DNA of 64,000 nucleotides from Polyangiaceae bacterium (GCA_035063585.1 JAPSGB010000003.1:256001-320000), one strand, 5' to 3'. Shown: positions 42,449 through 55,655, counted from the stretch's first letter. Translations and numbers: made by a program. Notes: a model not told the origin generated them from the letters alone.

Positions 42449-42841
42449 GTGAACGTGCAAAATATGGGAATCCGCCGCGAGCTCCCCATGAGCTTCGACG
42501 AGGCGCTCGCCAAGGTGCCGGAGGCGCTGAAGGCGGAGGGCTTCGGCATACTCACCGAGATCGACGTCAAGGAGACGATGAAGAAGAAGCTCGACGTCGA
42601 GTTCGCGCGTTACCGCATCCTCGGCGCGTGCAACCCCCCCGCGGCGCACAAGGTGCTGTCGGCCGAGCCCGAGATCGGGCTCCTCCTCCCGTGCAACGTC
42701 ATCGTGTATGACCAGAACGGCAAGACGGTGGTCTCCGCGTTCAACCCGCTCCACATCTCCGCCTTCATCGACAAGCCGGAGATCAAGGCGGTCGCCGAGG
42801 AGATCGCGGCGAAGCTCACGCGGGTGGTCGAGTCGCTCTAG
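42449..42841 (+). CDS. DUF302-family protein
   Basis: EGFGILTEIDV, YRILGACNP, IGLLLPCNVIV. Confidence 0.92.
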   Translation: MNVQNMGIRRELPMSFDEALAKVPEALKAEGFGILTEIDVKETMKKKLDVEFARYRILGACNPPAAHKVLSAEPEIGLLLPCNVIVYDQNGKTVVSAFNPLHISAFIDKPEIKAVAEEIAAKLTRVVESL

Positions 42842-42961
42842 CTTGGGCCGGCGCGGACGAGACGCGGGCCCGGGCGGTGCTCGGTCCCGCGCGAGGAAAG
42901 GCGCCGGTGGCGCCGGCGCGGTTGCGGGTCGTCGCGCAAGAGACTACCTATCGCCCGAGCT

Positions 42962-45847
42962 ATGGACCGATCCGAGCGCGTTCCGAACAGTCTGAGCCTC
43001 GCCTTTCTGGAGGATCTATACGCTGACTGGCTCCGGGATCCGGCGAGCGTGCCGGGGGACTGGCGGCAGTATTTCCAGTCGGAGCTGAACGGAGGCGCGC
43101 GCTCCTTCCAGGCGGGGCCCTCGTTTCGGGTGCCGGGCGTGTTCGAGTTCGGCGCGGCGCCCGCACGCGCACCCGCGCGGGACGACGGGCGCGCAGCTCC
43201 GGCGAGAGCGGTCGCGGCGACGCCGGCGCAGCGGGCGCCGCTCGTGGCTGGAGTCTCGGACGCGGCCGTCCGACAGGATCGCGTGGATCAGCTCATCCGC
43301 GCGTACCGCGTGCGCGGGCACATGGTCGCTCGGATCGATCCGCTCGGCCTCCCGCGCCCGGCGCAGCCCGAGCTCGATCCGGGATTTTACGAGCTCTCAC
43401 CACAGGACCTCGACCGCTACTTCTCGACGCGCACCATTCACGGCGCCGAGGTGCTGACGCTCGCGCAGATGCTCGAGCGCCTCCAGAACACCTACTGTCG
43501 CTCGATCGGCGTGCAGTTCATGCACATCGATGATCTCGACGTGAAGAGCTGGCTGCAAGATCGGATGGAAGGCACCGAGAATCGCATCCAGCTCGGCCGC
43601 GACGAGCAGCTTCGCATCCTCACCAAGCTCACCGACGCGGTGATGTTCGAGGAGTTCATCCAGAAGAAGTACCTCGGCGCCAAGAGTTTCTCGCTCGAGG
43701 GCTCGGAGAGTCTCATCCCGCTGCTCGCCTTCGCCATCGAGCGCGCGAGCGAGCTCGGCATCGACGAGGTCGTGCTCGGCATGGCGCACCGTGGCCGGCT
43801 GAACGTGCTCTCGAACATCATGGGCAAGAGCGCGGCGGAGATCTTCCGCGAGTTCGAGGACAAGGATCCGGAGCTCTACTTCGGCAGCGGGGACGTCAAG
43901 TATCACCTCGGCTACAGCTCGGACTACGTGACGGCCGCGGGCAAGAAGATGCACATGTCGTTGTGCTTCAACCCGAGCCACCTCGAGTTCGTGAACACGG
44001 TGGTACTCGGGCGAACGCGCGCCAAGCAGGACCGCGCGGGCGATCACGCGCGGCGGCGCAAGCTCGCGCTCCTCATCCACGGTGACGCGGCCTTCGCGGG
44101 CGAGGGCATCGTGCAGGAGACGCTCAACCTGAGCGGGCTCGAGGGCTACGCGGTGGGCGGCACCGTGCACGTCATCACCAACAATCAGATCGGCTTCACG
44201 ACGCCGCCGACGCAGGGCCGCTCGAGCACGTACGCGACCGACGTCGCCAAGATGCTCCAGATCCCGATCTTCCACGTGAACGGCGAGGATCCCGAGGCGG
44301 TCGCGCAGGTCGTGCGGCTCGCGCTCGATTTTCGCGATCGCTTCTGTCGCGACGTGGTCATCGACATGTACGGCTACCGCCGCCACGGCCACAACGAAGG
44401 CGACGAGCCCTCGTTCACCCAGCCGCTCATGTACGAGGCGGTGGCCGCGCGCTCGAGCGTGCGAGATGGCTACCTCGAGCACCTCTCGAAGCTCGGCGAG
44501 GTCACCCGCGACGAGGCCGATCAGATCGCGATCGAGCGACGCGAGGAGCTCGAGCGCGAGCTGGGCGAGGCGCGCCGGGAGGACTTCGTGAAGCGCCAGG
44601 ACTGGCTCGGCGGTTACTGGCGCGGCTACGAAGGCGGCCCCGAGGCGCAGGCCAAGGACGTGGACACGAGCCATGACCGCGCCGGGCTCGCGCGGCTCCT
44701 CGAGCTCCAGACCAAGCTCCCCGCGGGCTTCCACGCGCACAAGAAGATCGCCCGGCTCCTCGCGCAGCGCGCGGAGATGGCCGCGGGCGAACGCCCGCTC
44801 GACTGGGGCACGGCGGAGCTCCTCGCGCTCGCGACCCTGCTCGAGGGCGGGATGCGCGTGCGGATGACCGGGCAGGACTGCGAGCGCGGGACGTTCAGCC
44901 AGCGCCACTCGGTCTTGCACGACGTCGAGGACGGCCACCAATACATGCCGCTCGCGCACCTCTCGCCGCGCCAGGGCCCGCTCGAGATCCATAACAGCCC
45001 GCTCAGCGAGGCCGGAGTGCTCGGCTTCGAGTACGGTTACAGCCTCGACTGGCCCGACGCGCTCGTCTTGTGGGAGGCGCAATTCGGCGATTTCGCCAAC
45101 GCCGCCCAGGTCATCATCGATCAGTTCCTGAGCAGCGCCGAGGACAAGTGGAAGCGCCTCTCGGGGCTCGTGATGCTCCTCCCCCACGGGTTCGAGGGGA
45201 TGGGCCCCGAGCACTCGAGCGCGCGGCTCGAGCGGTTTCTCATGTTGTCCGCGGAGGACAACATGCAAATCGCGCAGCCGAGCACGCCGGCGCAGCACTT
45301 CCACTTGCTCCGACGTCAAGCGCTCCGACCCTGGCGCAAGCCGCTCATCGTCTTCACCCCGAAGAGCCTGCTCCGGCACCCGCACGCGACCAGCTCGCTC
45401 GACGACTGCGCGGCGGGTGGATTCGAGCGCATCTTGCCCGACGCGCACGCGACCACACTCGAGGCGCGCGGGAAGATCCAGCAGATCCTCCTCTCGAGCG
45501 GCAAGGTCTATTACGACCTCGACAAGCACCGCGAAGATCTCGGGCGGAAGGACGTCGCCATCTTGCGGCTCGAACAGCTCTATCCGCTCGCCGAGCAGCA
45601 CCTCGCGCGCGCGCTCGAGGGTTATCGCGACGGCACGCCCGTCGTCTGGGCGCAGGACGAGCCGGAGAACATGGGCGCGTGGCGTTACCTCCGCGCGCGC
45701 TTCGGGGATGGGCTCCTCGGGCGCTTCCCGTTCTCGGGAGCCTATCGCCCGGAGTCGGCGAGCCCCGCCACCGGCTCGGCGAGCAGCCACAAGCTCGAGC
45801 AGCAGGCGCTCCTCGAGCGCGCGTTCGAGCGCCCGGCGAAGGGCTGA
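42962..45847 (+). CDS. sucA: 2-oxoglutarate dehydrogenase E1
   Basis: [59 protein letters not shown]. Confidence 0.97.
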   Translation: MDRSERVPNSLSLAFLEDLYADWLRDPASVPGDWRQYFQSELNGGARSFQAGPSFRVPGVFEFGAAPARAPARDDGRAAPARAVAATPAQRAPLVAGVSDAAVRQDRVDQLIRAYRVRGHMVARIDPLGLPRPAQPELDPGFYELSPQDLDRYFSTRTIHGAEVLTLAQMLERLQNTYCRSIGVQFMHIDDLDVKSWLQDRMEGTENRIQLGRDEQLRILTKLTDAVMFEEFIQKKYLGAKSFSLEGSESLIPLLAFAIERASELGIDEVVLGMAHRGRLNVLSNIMGKSAAEIFREFEDKDPELYFGSGDVKYHLGYSSDYVTAAGKKMHMSLCFNPSHLEFVNTVVLGRTRAKQDRAGDHARRRKLALLIHGDAAFAGEGIVQETLNLSGLEGYAVGGTVHVITNNQIGFTTPPTQGRSSTYATDVAKMLQIPIFHVNGEDPEAVAQVVRLALDFRDRFCRDVVIDMYGYRRHGHNEGDEPSFTQPLMYEAVAARSSVRDGYLEHLSKLGEVTRDEADQIAIERREELERELGEARREDFVKRQDWLGGYWRGYEGGPEAQAKDVDTSHDRAGLARLLELQTKLPAGFHAHKKIARLLAQRAEMAAGERPLDWGTAELLALATLLEGGMRVRMTGQDCERGTFSQRHSVLHDVEDGHQYMPLAHLSPRQGPLEIHNSPLSEAGVLGFEYGYSLDWPDALVLWEAQFGDFANAAQVIIDQFLSSAEDKWKRLSGLVMLLPHGFEGMGPEHSSARLERFLMLSAEDNMQIAQPSTPAQHFHLLRRQALRPWRKPLIVFTPKSLLRHPHATSSLDDCAAGGFERILPDAHATTLEARGKIQQILLSSGKVYYDLDKHREDLGRKDVAILRLEQLYPLAEQHLARALEGYRDGTPVVWAQDEPENMGAWRYLRARFGDGLLGRFPFSGAYRPESASPATGSASSHKLEQQALLERAFERPAKG

Positions 45848-45945
45848 GCCCGAGCGCGCGGCTTCTGACTAGAGAGACTTCAGGGCTTCCCCGGCCGGGC
45901 TCGGGGAGCTAGACACGCATTCGGCCATCAAGGAGGCGCCCGTTC

Positions 45946-47244
45946 ATGTCTATCGAGCTCAAGGTTCCCGAGGTTGGCGAGTCCATCACCGAGGTGCAGA
46001 TCGGCGACTGGCTGAAGCAAGTCGGCGACCGCGTCGCGCAGGATGAGCCGGTCGTGACCATCGAGACGGACAAGGTGACGGTCGAGCTCCCTGCGCCGGT
46101 GAGCGGGGTCATCAGCGAGATTCGCGCCGCCAAGGGCGCCGTCGCGAGCGTAGGCGACGTCATTGGGCTGATGACCGAGGGCGCCGGGGCCAGCGCCGGC
46201 GCGCCAGCGCCGAGGCCAGCGGTCGCTGCCGGGCCGCCCGCGCCCGCCGCGACGGCGCCCGCGAAGCGCACCGCGCCGCCGGCCGCGCCGCCCCAGCCAT
46301 CCTCCCCGGCGAACGAGCCGCCGCCGAAATCGAGCGTGAGCGCGAGCGCCATTCCGCCGGAAGGGTACGCGCGCGTGATGCCGAGCGCGCGGCGCGTGCT
46401 CGCCGAGCGAGGGCTCGACGCGGCCGAGGTGACCGCGACCGGTCCGGGCGGGCGGGTGCTCAAGGAGGACGCGCTCCGCGCCGAGGCGCGCCCGGCCGCG
46501 CCCGCCAGGGAGCCGAGGCCGGCCCCGTCACCGCCGCCGGGCGCGCGGGTGGAAGAGGTGGTCCCGATGAGCCCGATGCGAAAGCGCATCGCCGAGCGCC
46601 TGGTCGAGTCGCAGCAGACCGCGGCGCTCCTCACCACCTTCAACGAGATCGACATGACCGCGGTGATGGCGCTGAGAAAGCAGCATCAGCCGCTCTTCCA
46701 GGAACGCTACGGCATCAAGCTCGGCATGATGAGCTTCTTCGTGAAGGCGGCCATCGAGGGGCTCAAGCTGGTGCCGCAGGTGAACGCGGAGATCCGCGGC
46801 ACCGACATCGTCTATCGGAACTACTACGACATCGGCGTGGCGGTCGGCGGCGGCCGCGGGCTGGTGGTGCCGGTACTTCGCAGCGCCGAGCGGCTCGGCT
46901 TCGCGGAGATCGAGCTCGCCATCCAAGACTTTGGAGCGCGCGCGCGCGACAACAAGCTCAGGCTCGACGAGCTGAGCGGTGGCACCTTCACCATCACCAA
47001 CGGCGGCATCTACGGCAACCTCCTCTCGACGCCGATCATCAACCCACCGCAGAGCGCGATCCTCGGGATGCACGCCATCCAGGAGCGCCCGGTGGCGCGG
47101 GACGGGCAAGTGGTGATTCGCCCGATGATGTACGTCGCGGTGACCTATGATCACCGCATCATCGACGGCCGCGAGGCGGTCACCTTCTTGAAGCGTATCA
47201 AGGAGTGCGTGGAGACTCCGGAGCGCATCCTCCTCGAGGTTTGA
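45946..47244 (+). CDS. sucB: Dihydrolipoyllysine-residue succinyltransferase E2
   Basis: Lipoyl ETDKV, E3-binding [23 protein letters not shown]. Confidence 0.97.
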   Translation: MSIELKVPEVGESITEVQIGDWLKQVGDRVAQDEPVVTIETDKVTVELPAPVSGVISEIRAAKGAVASVGDVIGLMTEGAGASAGAPAPRPAVAAGPPAPAATAPAKRTAPPAAPPQPSSPANEPPPKSSVSASAIPPEGYARVMPSARRVLAERGLDAAEVTATGPGGRVLKEDALRAEARPAAPAREPRPAPSPPPGARVEEVVPMSPMRKRIAERLVESQQTAALLTTFNEIDMTAVMALRKQHQPLFQERYGIKLGMMSFFVKAAIEGLKLVPQVNAEIRGTDIVYRNYYDIGVAVGGGRGLVVPVLRSAERLGFAEIELAIQDFGARARDNKLRLDELSGGTFTITNGGIYGNLLSTPIINPPQSAILGMHAIQERPVARDGQVVIRPMMYVAVTYDHRIIDGREAVTFLKRIKECVETPERILLEV

Positions 47245-47245
47245 A

Positions 47246-48622
47246 GTGGCAAAATCCCACGACATCATCGTAATCGGCGCCGGACCCGGCGGTTACGTCG
47301 CGGCGCTTCGCGCCGCTCAGCTCGGGCTCGACGTCGGCTGCGTCGAGAAGGAGAGCGAGCTCGGCGGCACCTGCGTGCGGGTCGGCTGCATCCCGAGCAA
47401 GGCGCTCCTCGAGGCGAGCGAGCTCTTCCACCAGGCGAACCACGAGCTTGCCAGCTTCGGCGTGAACGTGTCCGGCGTCTCGCTCGATCTCGCCAAGATG
47501 CAGAAGAAGAAGGACGCGGTCGTGAAGGCGAACACGGGCGGCGTCGCGTTCCTGTTCAAGAAGCGGAAAATTGCTCGCTACGCTGGGCACGCGCGCTTCC
47601 TAGCGCCCGGGCGGATCGAGGTGGGCGGCGAAGCGCTCGAGGCGAAGCACGTCATCATCGCCACCGGGAGTCGGGTGGCGCCGCTCGCGGGCGTGGAGCT
47701 CGACGGCGAGCGCGTGGTGACCAGCACCGAGGCGCTCGCGTTCGCGGAGGTGCCGAAGCACCTGGTCGTGATCGGCGCCGGCGCGATCGGTCTCGAGATG
47801 GCGAGCGTGTGGTCGCGGCTCGGGGCCAAGGTCACCGTGGTCGAGTACCTCGACCGGATCCTGCCGGGGATGGATGGCGAGCTCGCCGACGAGGCCCGCA
47901 AGGTGCTCGCCAAGCAAGGGCTCGAGTTTCGGCTCGGCGCGCGGGTGACCGGGGCGCGCAGAGCCGGTGACGGCGCGGTGGTCGAGATCGATGGCGCGGA
48001 GCCCATCCGCTGCGACCGCGTGCTGCTCGCGGTGGGGCGGGTGCCGAACACCGAGGGGCTCGGCCTCGATGCGCTCGGACTCGAGACCGATCGGCGCGGG
48101 CGGATCCCGGTCGACGAGGCGTATCGGACGGCGAGTCCGAGCGTGTACGCGATCGGGGACGTCATCGCCGGGCCCATGCTCGCGCACAAGGCGAGCGAGG
48201 AGGGCGTGGCGTGCGTCGAGCGCATCGTGACCGGCTACGGGCACGTGAACTACGACGCCATCCCGGCGGTCGTCTACACGCACCCCGAGGTCGCCGCGGT
48301 AGGCAAGACGGAAGAGGAGCTCACCGCGAGCGGCGTGCCGTATCGGAAGGGGAGCTTCCCATTTTCGGCCAACGGGCGCGCGCGCGCCCTCGGGCAGACC
48401 GACGGGCGCGTGAAGATGCTCGCCCACGCCGAGACGGATCGCGTGCTCGGTGCGCACATCCTCGGGCCGCGCGCGGGCGACCTCATCGCGGAGCTCGTGG
48501 CCGCCATCGAGTTCGGCGCAAGCTCGGAGGACATCGCTCGCACCTGCCACGCGCACCCGACGCTCGCCGAGGCCGTGCACGAGGCGGCGCTCGCGGTGGA
48601 CGAGCGCGCGCTCCATATCTGA
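47246..48622 (+). CDS. lpdA: Dihydrolipoyl dehydrogenase E3
   Basis: GAGPGG, GGTCVRVGCIPSK, GAGAIG, HAHPTLAE. Confidence 0.97.
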   Translation: MAKSHDIIVIGAGPGGYVAALRAAQLGLDVGCVEKESELGGTCVRVGCIPSKALLEASELFHQANHELASFGVNVSGVSLDLAKMQKKKDAVVKANTGGVAFLFKKRKIARYAGHARFLAPGRIEVGGEALEAKHVIIATGSRVAPLAGVELDGERVVTSTEALAFAEVPKHLVVIGAGAIGLEMASVWSRLGAKVTVVEYLDRILPGMDGELADEARKVLAKQGLEFRLGARVTGARRAGDGAVVEIDGAEPIRCDRVLLAVGRVPNTEGLGLDALGLETDRRGRIPVDEAYRTASPSVYAIGDVIAGPMLAHKASEEGVACVERIVTGYGHVNYDAIPAVVYTHPEVAAVGKTEEELTASGVPYRKGSFPFSANGRARALGQTDGRVKMLAHAETDRVLGAHILGPRAGDLIAELVAAIEFGASSEDIARTCHAHPTLAEAVHEAALAVDERALHI

Positions 48623-48737
48623 CGGCGCCGCGCGACCCGGTGGGCGCGGGTAGAGCCCGAGCGCTCGCGCGGCTGGCGACCGCCGCGCGGGCTGCGTTAT
48701 GCTGCCGCGGGATTTCCCACCCCGAGGAGGTATCGCC

Positions 48738-49857
<1,120 letters not shown>

Positions 49858-49883
<26 letters not shown>

Positions 49884-51042
49884 GCGGCGGCTCGAGCGCG
49901 CCGCGCGCCGCGCACTCGTCGACGTGCGCGAGCACCCTCGCGGCCCGCGTGTCGAGCGCAGCGTAGTGCCGCTCGGCGAGCACCGGCGCGAGCGCATCGC
50001 TCGCGAGCGAGCGCTCGAGCGCGCCGCCGAGCGCGGGCGAGTGGCGGAGCGCCGCCACCGTCTCCGGTCGAAACCAGCAGAGCGGCGCGAGCCGCTTCTC
50101 GAGCGAGAACCCCGCGCGGGCGCGCGCGTCGGTGAAGCCCGCGGCGTTGTCGAGGAAGATGAGCCCCCCCGCGCGGCCGAGCGCGAGCACGTTGCCGCCG
50201 CTCTGGCGATCGGGGTTGTCGATGAGATAATCGAAGACGGTAAGATCCGACCACTCGGGCACGCGCGCGCGGAGCTCGTCGGGCACGGACTCCGTCCAGC
50301 CGCGCGGCGGCTCGACCGGCACGAGCCGCCCCTCATGCCAGGCGACCACCGCGCCCGCGACGAGCCCATCTCGCGCGACGACTTCGCGATCGAAGCGCTC
50401 GAGCCACGCGGCGTCCGCGCCGCTCGCCGCCAGGCTCGCGCGGAGCCACTCGCGCGCCACCCGTCGCCCGGCGACCGGCGCCGTGCGCCCGAAGCCGAGC
50501 AGCCGATCGAGATGGTACGCGGCGATCTCGGCGCGGTAGTTACCGGCGCTGTGCGTCTGCTCCGGCTTGAATACCGCGCGCGCACCGTCGGTGAAGGTGA
50601 GGCGGAGGGTGACGGTCGCGCCGCCCCGGTTGCGCGTCGCGCGCGCGATGGGCGAGGTCGCGAGGCGCGCGAGCCACGCCGCGTCCCGGGTCACGTCGAC
50701 CGGCCCCGCGAAGCCGGCGTTCACCGCGAGCGGCTCGGGCACGCGCGGCGCGCGCGCCGCAGGCGAGCCGCGCTCCGGCTCGAGCGGTGACGCCGTCGTC
50801 ACTAGGCTCGGCGCGGGCTCTTCACGCGCATGCTGCGACGCGCTGGCGGAGGCTGACGCCGCCGTCAGCGAGGATGTCGCGGGCCCCGGGCTCGGGAGGG
50901 AGGGTGGTCGGCCCGGCGCGGAACCGCGCGGTGCGACCGCGCTCGGCGGATCCGGTCGGGGCGATTCCGCGCTGGACCGACAACCCGAAGACGAGAGCGA
51001 GGCGGCGAGGATGACGAGGCCGAGGCGCGCCTCGGCCGTCAT
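49858..51042 (-). CDS. Fam20C/four-jointed-like atypical kinase, predicted lipoprotein
   Basis: SSGC lipobox-like; AVFKP, EIAAYHLDRLLGF..PVAGR, VFDYLIDNPDR, IFLDNAAGF. Confidence 0.8.
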
Positions 51043-52031
51043 GAGCGGGCTTGGTCCTTGCCGACCTCAGGGCTTGCCGCACCGCCCGCGTCGCGCGCTC
51101 CCGCCGGGCGTTCCCAGCTCGCGAGTCGGCGCTTCATGATGGCGATGGCGTCGGCGCTCTCGTCGATGAGCACCGCGTCGCGCCCGAGCCGCGCGGCGGC
51201 CTCGCCGAACGAGCCGCTACCGGCGAAGCAATCGAGCACGCGGTCGCCCGGACGAGAGTGTACTCGCACGATACGATCGAGGATGCCGAGCGGCTTCTGG
51301 GTGGGGTAACCCGTCTTCTCTTTTCCGGTGGGGCTCACGATGGTGTGCCACCAGGTGTCGGTCGGCGTCTTGCCGCGCGCCGCCTTCTCGGGGGTAACGA
51401 GCGAGGGGGCCAGGTACGGGATGCGATCGATGGCGTCGTAATTGAAGCAGTACCGGCGCGGGTCCTTCGCGTAAAATAAGATGTTGTCGTGCTTGGGGGA
51501 CCAGCGGCGCGTCGCGCGCGCGCCGTAGTCATAGGCCCAGATGATCTCGTTGATGAAGCACTCGCGCCCGAAGATTCGGTCGAGCAGGACCTTCGCGTAG
51601 TGGACCTCGCGGTAGTCGAGGTGGAGAAATAGGCTCCCGGTGGGCTCGAGCACCCGGAACGCCTCCTCGAGCCGCGGGGTCAGAAAGCCGAGGTAGTCCT
51701 CGAAGGAGTCGCGATAGGCGCGCCTCCCGAGCACCGTGGTTCGGTAGCGCTTTCCCTGATAGCCCACGCGATCGCCGCGCTCGTCGCGGGAGGTCTCGAT
51801 TTGGGTGTGCGCTCGAGCGCGTCCGGTGTTGAACGGCGGATCGATGTAGATGAGCCCGAAGGACGCGTCGGGAAAATCGCGGAGGACGGGCAGGTTGTCC
51901 CCCTCGATGATCTCGACGCGGCCCGCCGCGGCTCGCGGTGGGCGCGCCGCGCGCTCCCGCGCGAGCGCGCCTGGCTCCGAGCCGGCGGGCGCCTCGAGAG
52001 CCGCTCGAGGGCGGGTGCGAGGCGAGCCCAT
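51039..52031 (-). CDS. Site-specific DNA methyltransferase (N6A/N4C, beta order), orphan
   Basis: LIYIDPPF catalytic motif first, then YPTQKP and VLDCFAGSGS. Confidence 0.92.
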   Translation of the reverse strand: MGSPRTRPRAALEAPAGSEPGALARERAARPPRAAAGRVEIIEGDNLPVLRDFPDASFGLIYIDPPFNTGRARAHTQIETSRDERGDRVGYQGKRYRTTVLGRRAYRDSFEDYLGFLTPRLEEAFRVLEPTGSLFLHLDYREVHYAKVLLDRIFGRECFINEIIWAYDYGARATRRWSPKHDNILFYAKDPRRYCFNYDAIDRIPYLAPSLVTPEKAARGKTPTDTWWHTIVSPTGKEKTGYPTQKPLGILDRIVRVHSRPGDRVLDCFAGSGSFGEAAARLGRDAVLIDESADAIAIMKRRLASWERPAGARDAGGAASPEVGKDQARS

Positions 52032-52093
52032 CGACGCGGAGCTTACGAGACCCCGAGCGAAAGTCTAGGTTGCTCGACCGAGCGCGAGCCGTC

Positions 52094-52999
52094 TCACTCT
52101 TCCGGGACGCGGAGCGCCGCGGTCGCGGCGGCAGGCTCGTTCCCGCGCCGCGACACCAGCCAACCGAACGCGCCCGCCGTGAAGAACATGATGAGGCTGT
52201 AGATCGCCGCCGGAATGGCCATCGTCGAGTTGTTGAGCAGGGTGGGCGCCGAGGCGATGGCGATGGCGAGCGTGCCGTTGTGGATGCCGATCTCCATACC
52301 GATCGCGATGGCTTGACGGCGCTCGACCCTGAGCAGAAGCGGCACGAAATAGCCCACCATCATGCTCGCGAGGTTGAAGGTGAGCGCTGCCAGGCCCACC
52401 TGCCGGAAGAAATCGCCGAGGTTGGCGCGCTCCTTGGCCACCGCCGAGGCGATCACCAGCACCAAGAACACCGCCGACAAGAGCCGGACCGGCTTGTCGA
52501 GCTGGCCCGCGAGGGTGCGCTTCTTCGCGCGGATCAGCATGCCGATCGAGACCGGCACGAGCACGATGGCGAACACCTGGATCACCTTGTCGAACTGGAG
52601 CGGGATGGCCTTCCCGGCCCCCATGAACGCCTCGAGCGACAGGTTCACGATGAACGGCAGCACGAACAGTGAGAGCACGCTGTTCACCGCCGTGAGCGTG
52701 ATGTTCAGCGCGACGTCCCCTTTGGCCAGGTGGCTGAAGAGATTGGCGGTGGCGCCGCCCGGCGCGGCCGACAGCAGCATCAGGCCGACCGCCAGCTCGG
52801 GCGGCAACCCGAAGCCCCGCGCGATGCCAAAGCAGACCGCCGGCAAGAGCAGCATCTGGCAGGCCAGGCCGACGAACACCGCCCGCGGGTAGACGACCAC
52901 GCGCCGGAAGTCGGCGAGCGACAAGGAAAGCCCGAGCCCGAGCATGATCACGCCCAGCGCCAAGGGCAAGAACACGGTGGTGATGATGCTCGATTGCAT
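52094..52999 (-). CDS. Bile acid:sodium symporter (BASS) family transporter
   Basis: MLGLGLSL, PGGATAN, AKGDVAL, EIGIHN. Confidence 0.92.
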   Translation of the reverse strand: MQSSIITTVFLPLALGVIMLGLGLSLSLADFRRVVVYPRAVFVGLACQMLLLPAVCFGIARGFGLPPELAVGLMLLSAAPGGATANLFSHLAKGDVALNITLTAVNSVLSLFVLPFIVNLSLEAFMGAGKAIPLQFDKVIQVFAIVLVPVSIGMLIRAKKRTLAGQLDKPVRLLSAVFLVLVIASAVAKERANLGDFFRQVGLAALTFNLASMMVGYFVPLLLRVERRQAIAIGMEIGIHNGTLAIAIASAPTLLNNSTMAIPAAIYSLIMFFTAGAFGWLVSRRGNEPAAATAALRVPEE

Positions 53000-53493
53000 G
53001 TTCCCCTCTCATCCAGCGGGCACGTTGGAGTGCATGGTCGCCGAGCAGACCCGCTCGAGCATGAGCACCCCGTGCATCGCCGCGGACTCTACCTGGCCTC
53101 CCGCGCCTCTGGCAATCGGACCCTGCGCGACCCGCGCGAAGGGCGCCGGTTCACCCGAGCGTTTCGCCGCGCCCGCGCGGCGAGACCGCCCGGCGGTACC
53201 TGGGCGCGCCGCGGCCCGGCGCTCGGGCGCCGCTACCGCGAGCCGCTCCTCGGCGCGCACGGGGGAGCCGAGCGAGCGCGTCGGGGCGCCTCCGCTCACG
53301 CACATGCCACGGCGGCTCCGCGCCTCGACGAGCTCGACCGCGGCGGGGGAAGGTGGAGGGCTCGCCGGTCCGTCGCGGCCGGCGGTGCGGACGTCCGCGA
53401 CGCCGGCCGCGACGCGAAGCCAGCAGCCTGGAGCGTGCGAGCGCTCCGGAAGAGGAGTTACGGCGGCGCGCGCGGGCGATATGATGGCGCGCG

Positions 53494-54663
53494 GTGCACC
53501 GGCTCGCTCTCCTCGCGTGGATCGCCATCGCCGCGTGCGCTTCGGACGCGGGGGCGCCCGGGGGCGCCGCGCGTCCCGTCGAGCTCCGCGCGGAGCCCGC
53601 GCCCGCGCCGACGCGCGCCGAGGCGCCGGGCGCGCGACCGGCTCTCGCGCCCTACCCGGTGAAGGTGCTCGAGAGCGCTCCGCGCGGCGAGCGCGTCGCG
53701 CTCGGCGAGCCGGTGCTGGTGCGCTTCGATCATGCGGTCGAGCCGGCCATGGTGGAGCGCGCGTTCGTCGTCGAGCCGCCGGTGGCCGGGCGGTTCGTCT
53801 GGCGCGACGCCGCGACGGTCGCCTTCGAGCACGAGCCCTTCGCGCAAGGGCGCGAGTACACGGTGCGGGTCGGCGGGGTCGCCCCCGACGGCGGCGTGGT
53901 CATGGGCGAGCGCTGGACGTTCCGGAGCCAGGTGCCGGCGCCCGCGCGCATCGAGCCCGGACGCGGTGGGAACGTCATCTTCACCTTCGACGACGGCGCC
54001 AGCTCGCCGAAGCAGGCGGACCGACTCCTCGCGCTCCTCGCCGAGCTCCGGATCCGGGCGCTCTTCTTCCCGACCGGCAAGTGGACCGAGCGCCACCCCG
54101 AGTTCATCCCGCGCGCGGTCGAGGCCGGGCACCGGGTCTGCAACCACACCTATAGTCACGTCAACCTGTCGAAGGCGTGGATGACCGAGGCGCGCATCCG
54201 CGACGAGATCGCGCGCGGCGCGGACGACGGCGGGTGCCGCCTCTTCCGCCCACCCTTCATGGGTTACGGCGAGCGCGAGGAGCGGATCGCGCGCTCGCTC
54301 GGGTACGATCTCTTCCTCTGGGACATCGACAGCCGCGACTGGGAGGGCGGGCCGGCGGAGGACGTCGAGAACCTGGTGCTCGGGCGGGTGCGGCCGGGCG
54401 CGGTGGTGCTCATGCACGTGCATGCGCGCGCGACCTACGTCGCGCTGCCCCCGCTCGCGGCCAAGCTCCGAGAGGCCGGGTACGTGCTCTCGTGGGATCC
54501 GGCCGATCTTGCGCCGAATGTGGGAGAAGGTGCGACGGGCGAAGTGAACAAGCCCCCCGCCGTGCTCGTCGAAGGCAAGTGGCTGATTGCGCGCGCTGGT
54601 TGGAACGACGCGGACGCGCTCAGGTTCGGGCGCGAGGGCGCGCCACTGCTAGACTCGGAGTGA
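53494..54663 (+). CDS. Lipoprotein: Ig-like domain plus polysaccharide deacetylase (CE4/NodB)
   Basis: Lipobox IAAC; TFDDG, NHTYSH, FRPPF, DSRDW, LMH. Confidence 0.88.
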   Translation: MHRLALLAWIAIAACASDAGAPGGAARPVELRAEPAPAPTRAEAPGARPALAPYPVKVLESAPRGERVALGEPVLVRFDHAVEPAMVERAFVVEPPVAGRFVWRDAATVAFEHEPFAQGREYTVRVGGVAPDGGVVMGERWTFRSQVPAPARIEPGRGGNVIFTFDDGASSPKQADRLLALLAELRIRALFFPTGKWTERHPEFIPRAVEAGHRVCNHTYSHVNLSKAWMTEARIRDEIARGADDGGCRLFRPPFMGYGEREERIARSLGYDLFLWDIDSRDWEGGPAEDVENLVLGRVRPGAVVLMHVHARATYVALPPLAAKLREAGYVLSWDPADLAPNVGEGATGEVNKPPAVLVEGKWLIARAGWNDADALRFGREGAPLLDSE

Positions 54664-54739
54664 GCCCTGAACGAGGGAGATCCGGGCCGGCTGGCTCGTA
54701 GACCTGCGTGGGCTGATTTTTCATAGGAGACAGTCGATC

Positions 54740-55627
54740 ATGCGTAACCTCATCGCTTCCTTCTTCACCGGCGCGCTCCTCTTTGCCGCGCCGATGCTCA
54801 CGACGTCCGTCGCCCACGCCGGGCTCGCCGACTGCGGCAACATCAACGTCGAGGCGAGCGCCGAGTGCAAGGTGGAGGTCAAGGGCGGCTGCACCGCGAA
54901 GTGCACGCCGGTGAGCTTTCAGGCGGCTTGCGCCGGTAAGCTCGAGGCGGAGTGCAGCGGCGAGTGCACGGGCAGCGCCACCGCCGAGTGCACCGGGAGC
55001 TGCGATCTCGACGGGTGCGAAGCGAACTGTAACGTAGATCCCGGGAGCTTCGACTGCCAGGGGAGCTGCGAAGCCTCGGCGCAGGCCGACTGCGACGCGG
55101 AGTGCAACGCGAGCGCCAACCAGGCCGAGTGCCATGCCCAGTGCAAGGCGACGGTGCAGGCCAACTGCAACGCGAGCTGCAAGGCCACCCCGCCGAGCGC
55201 GGACTGCAAAGCGCGCTGCCAGGCGAGCTGCCAGGGGAGCTGCACCGCCAACGCCCGGATCGACTGCCAGGTGAATTGCCAGGCAAAGGGCTACGGCGAG
55301 TGCACGGCGAACCTCCAGGGCGGCTGCGAAGCGCAGTGCGAGAAGCCGGACGGCGCGCTCTTCTGCGACGGCCAGTACGTCGATCAGGGCGGCAACATGA
55401 AAAAGTGCATCGACGCCCTCGACGCGTACCTCAAGGCGCACGTCGACGTGAGCGCGCAGGCGAGCGGGAGCTGCAGCGGCAACAGCTGTGAGGGCGAGGC
55501 GAGCGCCAGCGCGAGCTGCGCGGTGGCGCCCGGCACGCCGGTGGGCAACGCCGCGGCGGCGCTCGGGCTCATCCTGGGTGCCGGGGCGCTCGCCGCTGGG
55601 CGTCGCCGCCGTGCTCGCCGCGGCTGA
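54740..55627 (+). CDS. Secreted Cys-repeat (CxxxC) protein with MYXO-CTERM-like tail
   Basis: Signal peptide AHA; about 33 Cys; SCAVAPG..LGLILGAGALAAGRRRR; AGGAG RBS. Confidence 0.8.
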   Translation: MRNLIASFFTGALLFAAPMLTTSVAHAGLADCGNINVEASAECKVEVKGGCTAKCTPVSFQAACAGKLEAECSGECTGSATAECTGSCDLDGCEANCNVDPGSFDCQGSCEASAQADCDAECNASANQAECHAQCKATVQANCNASCKATPPSADCKARCQASCQGSCTANARIDCQVNCQAKGYGECTANLQGGCEAQCEKPDGALFCDGQYVDQGGNMKKCIDALDAYLKAHVDVSAQASGSCSGNSCEGEASASASCAVAPGTPVGNAAAALGLILGAGALAAGRRRRARRG

Positions 55628-55655
55628 GCCCGCGTGGCAAGCTAGAGGAGCTCGG

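Noticed and set aside
45885..45910. Hairpin between sucA and sucB as a terminator
   Set aside because: A GC stem is present but there is no U-tract and it lies inside a probable operon; at most an mRNA stability element.
51039..52031. Restriction-modification or defence island around the DNA methyltransferase
   Set aside because: No nuclease, specificity subunit or mobility genes nearby, and no obvious compositional shift.
53000..53493. About 490-bp gap as a hidden gene or ncRNA
   Set aside because: The candidate ORFs are low-complexity with no motifs and I recognise no RNA family. It is probably a divergent promoter region (TATGAT near 53480).
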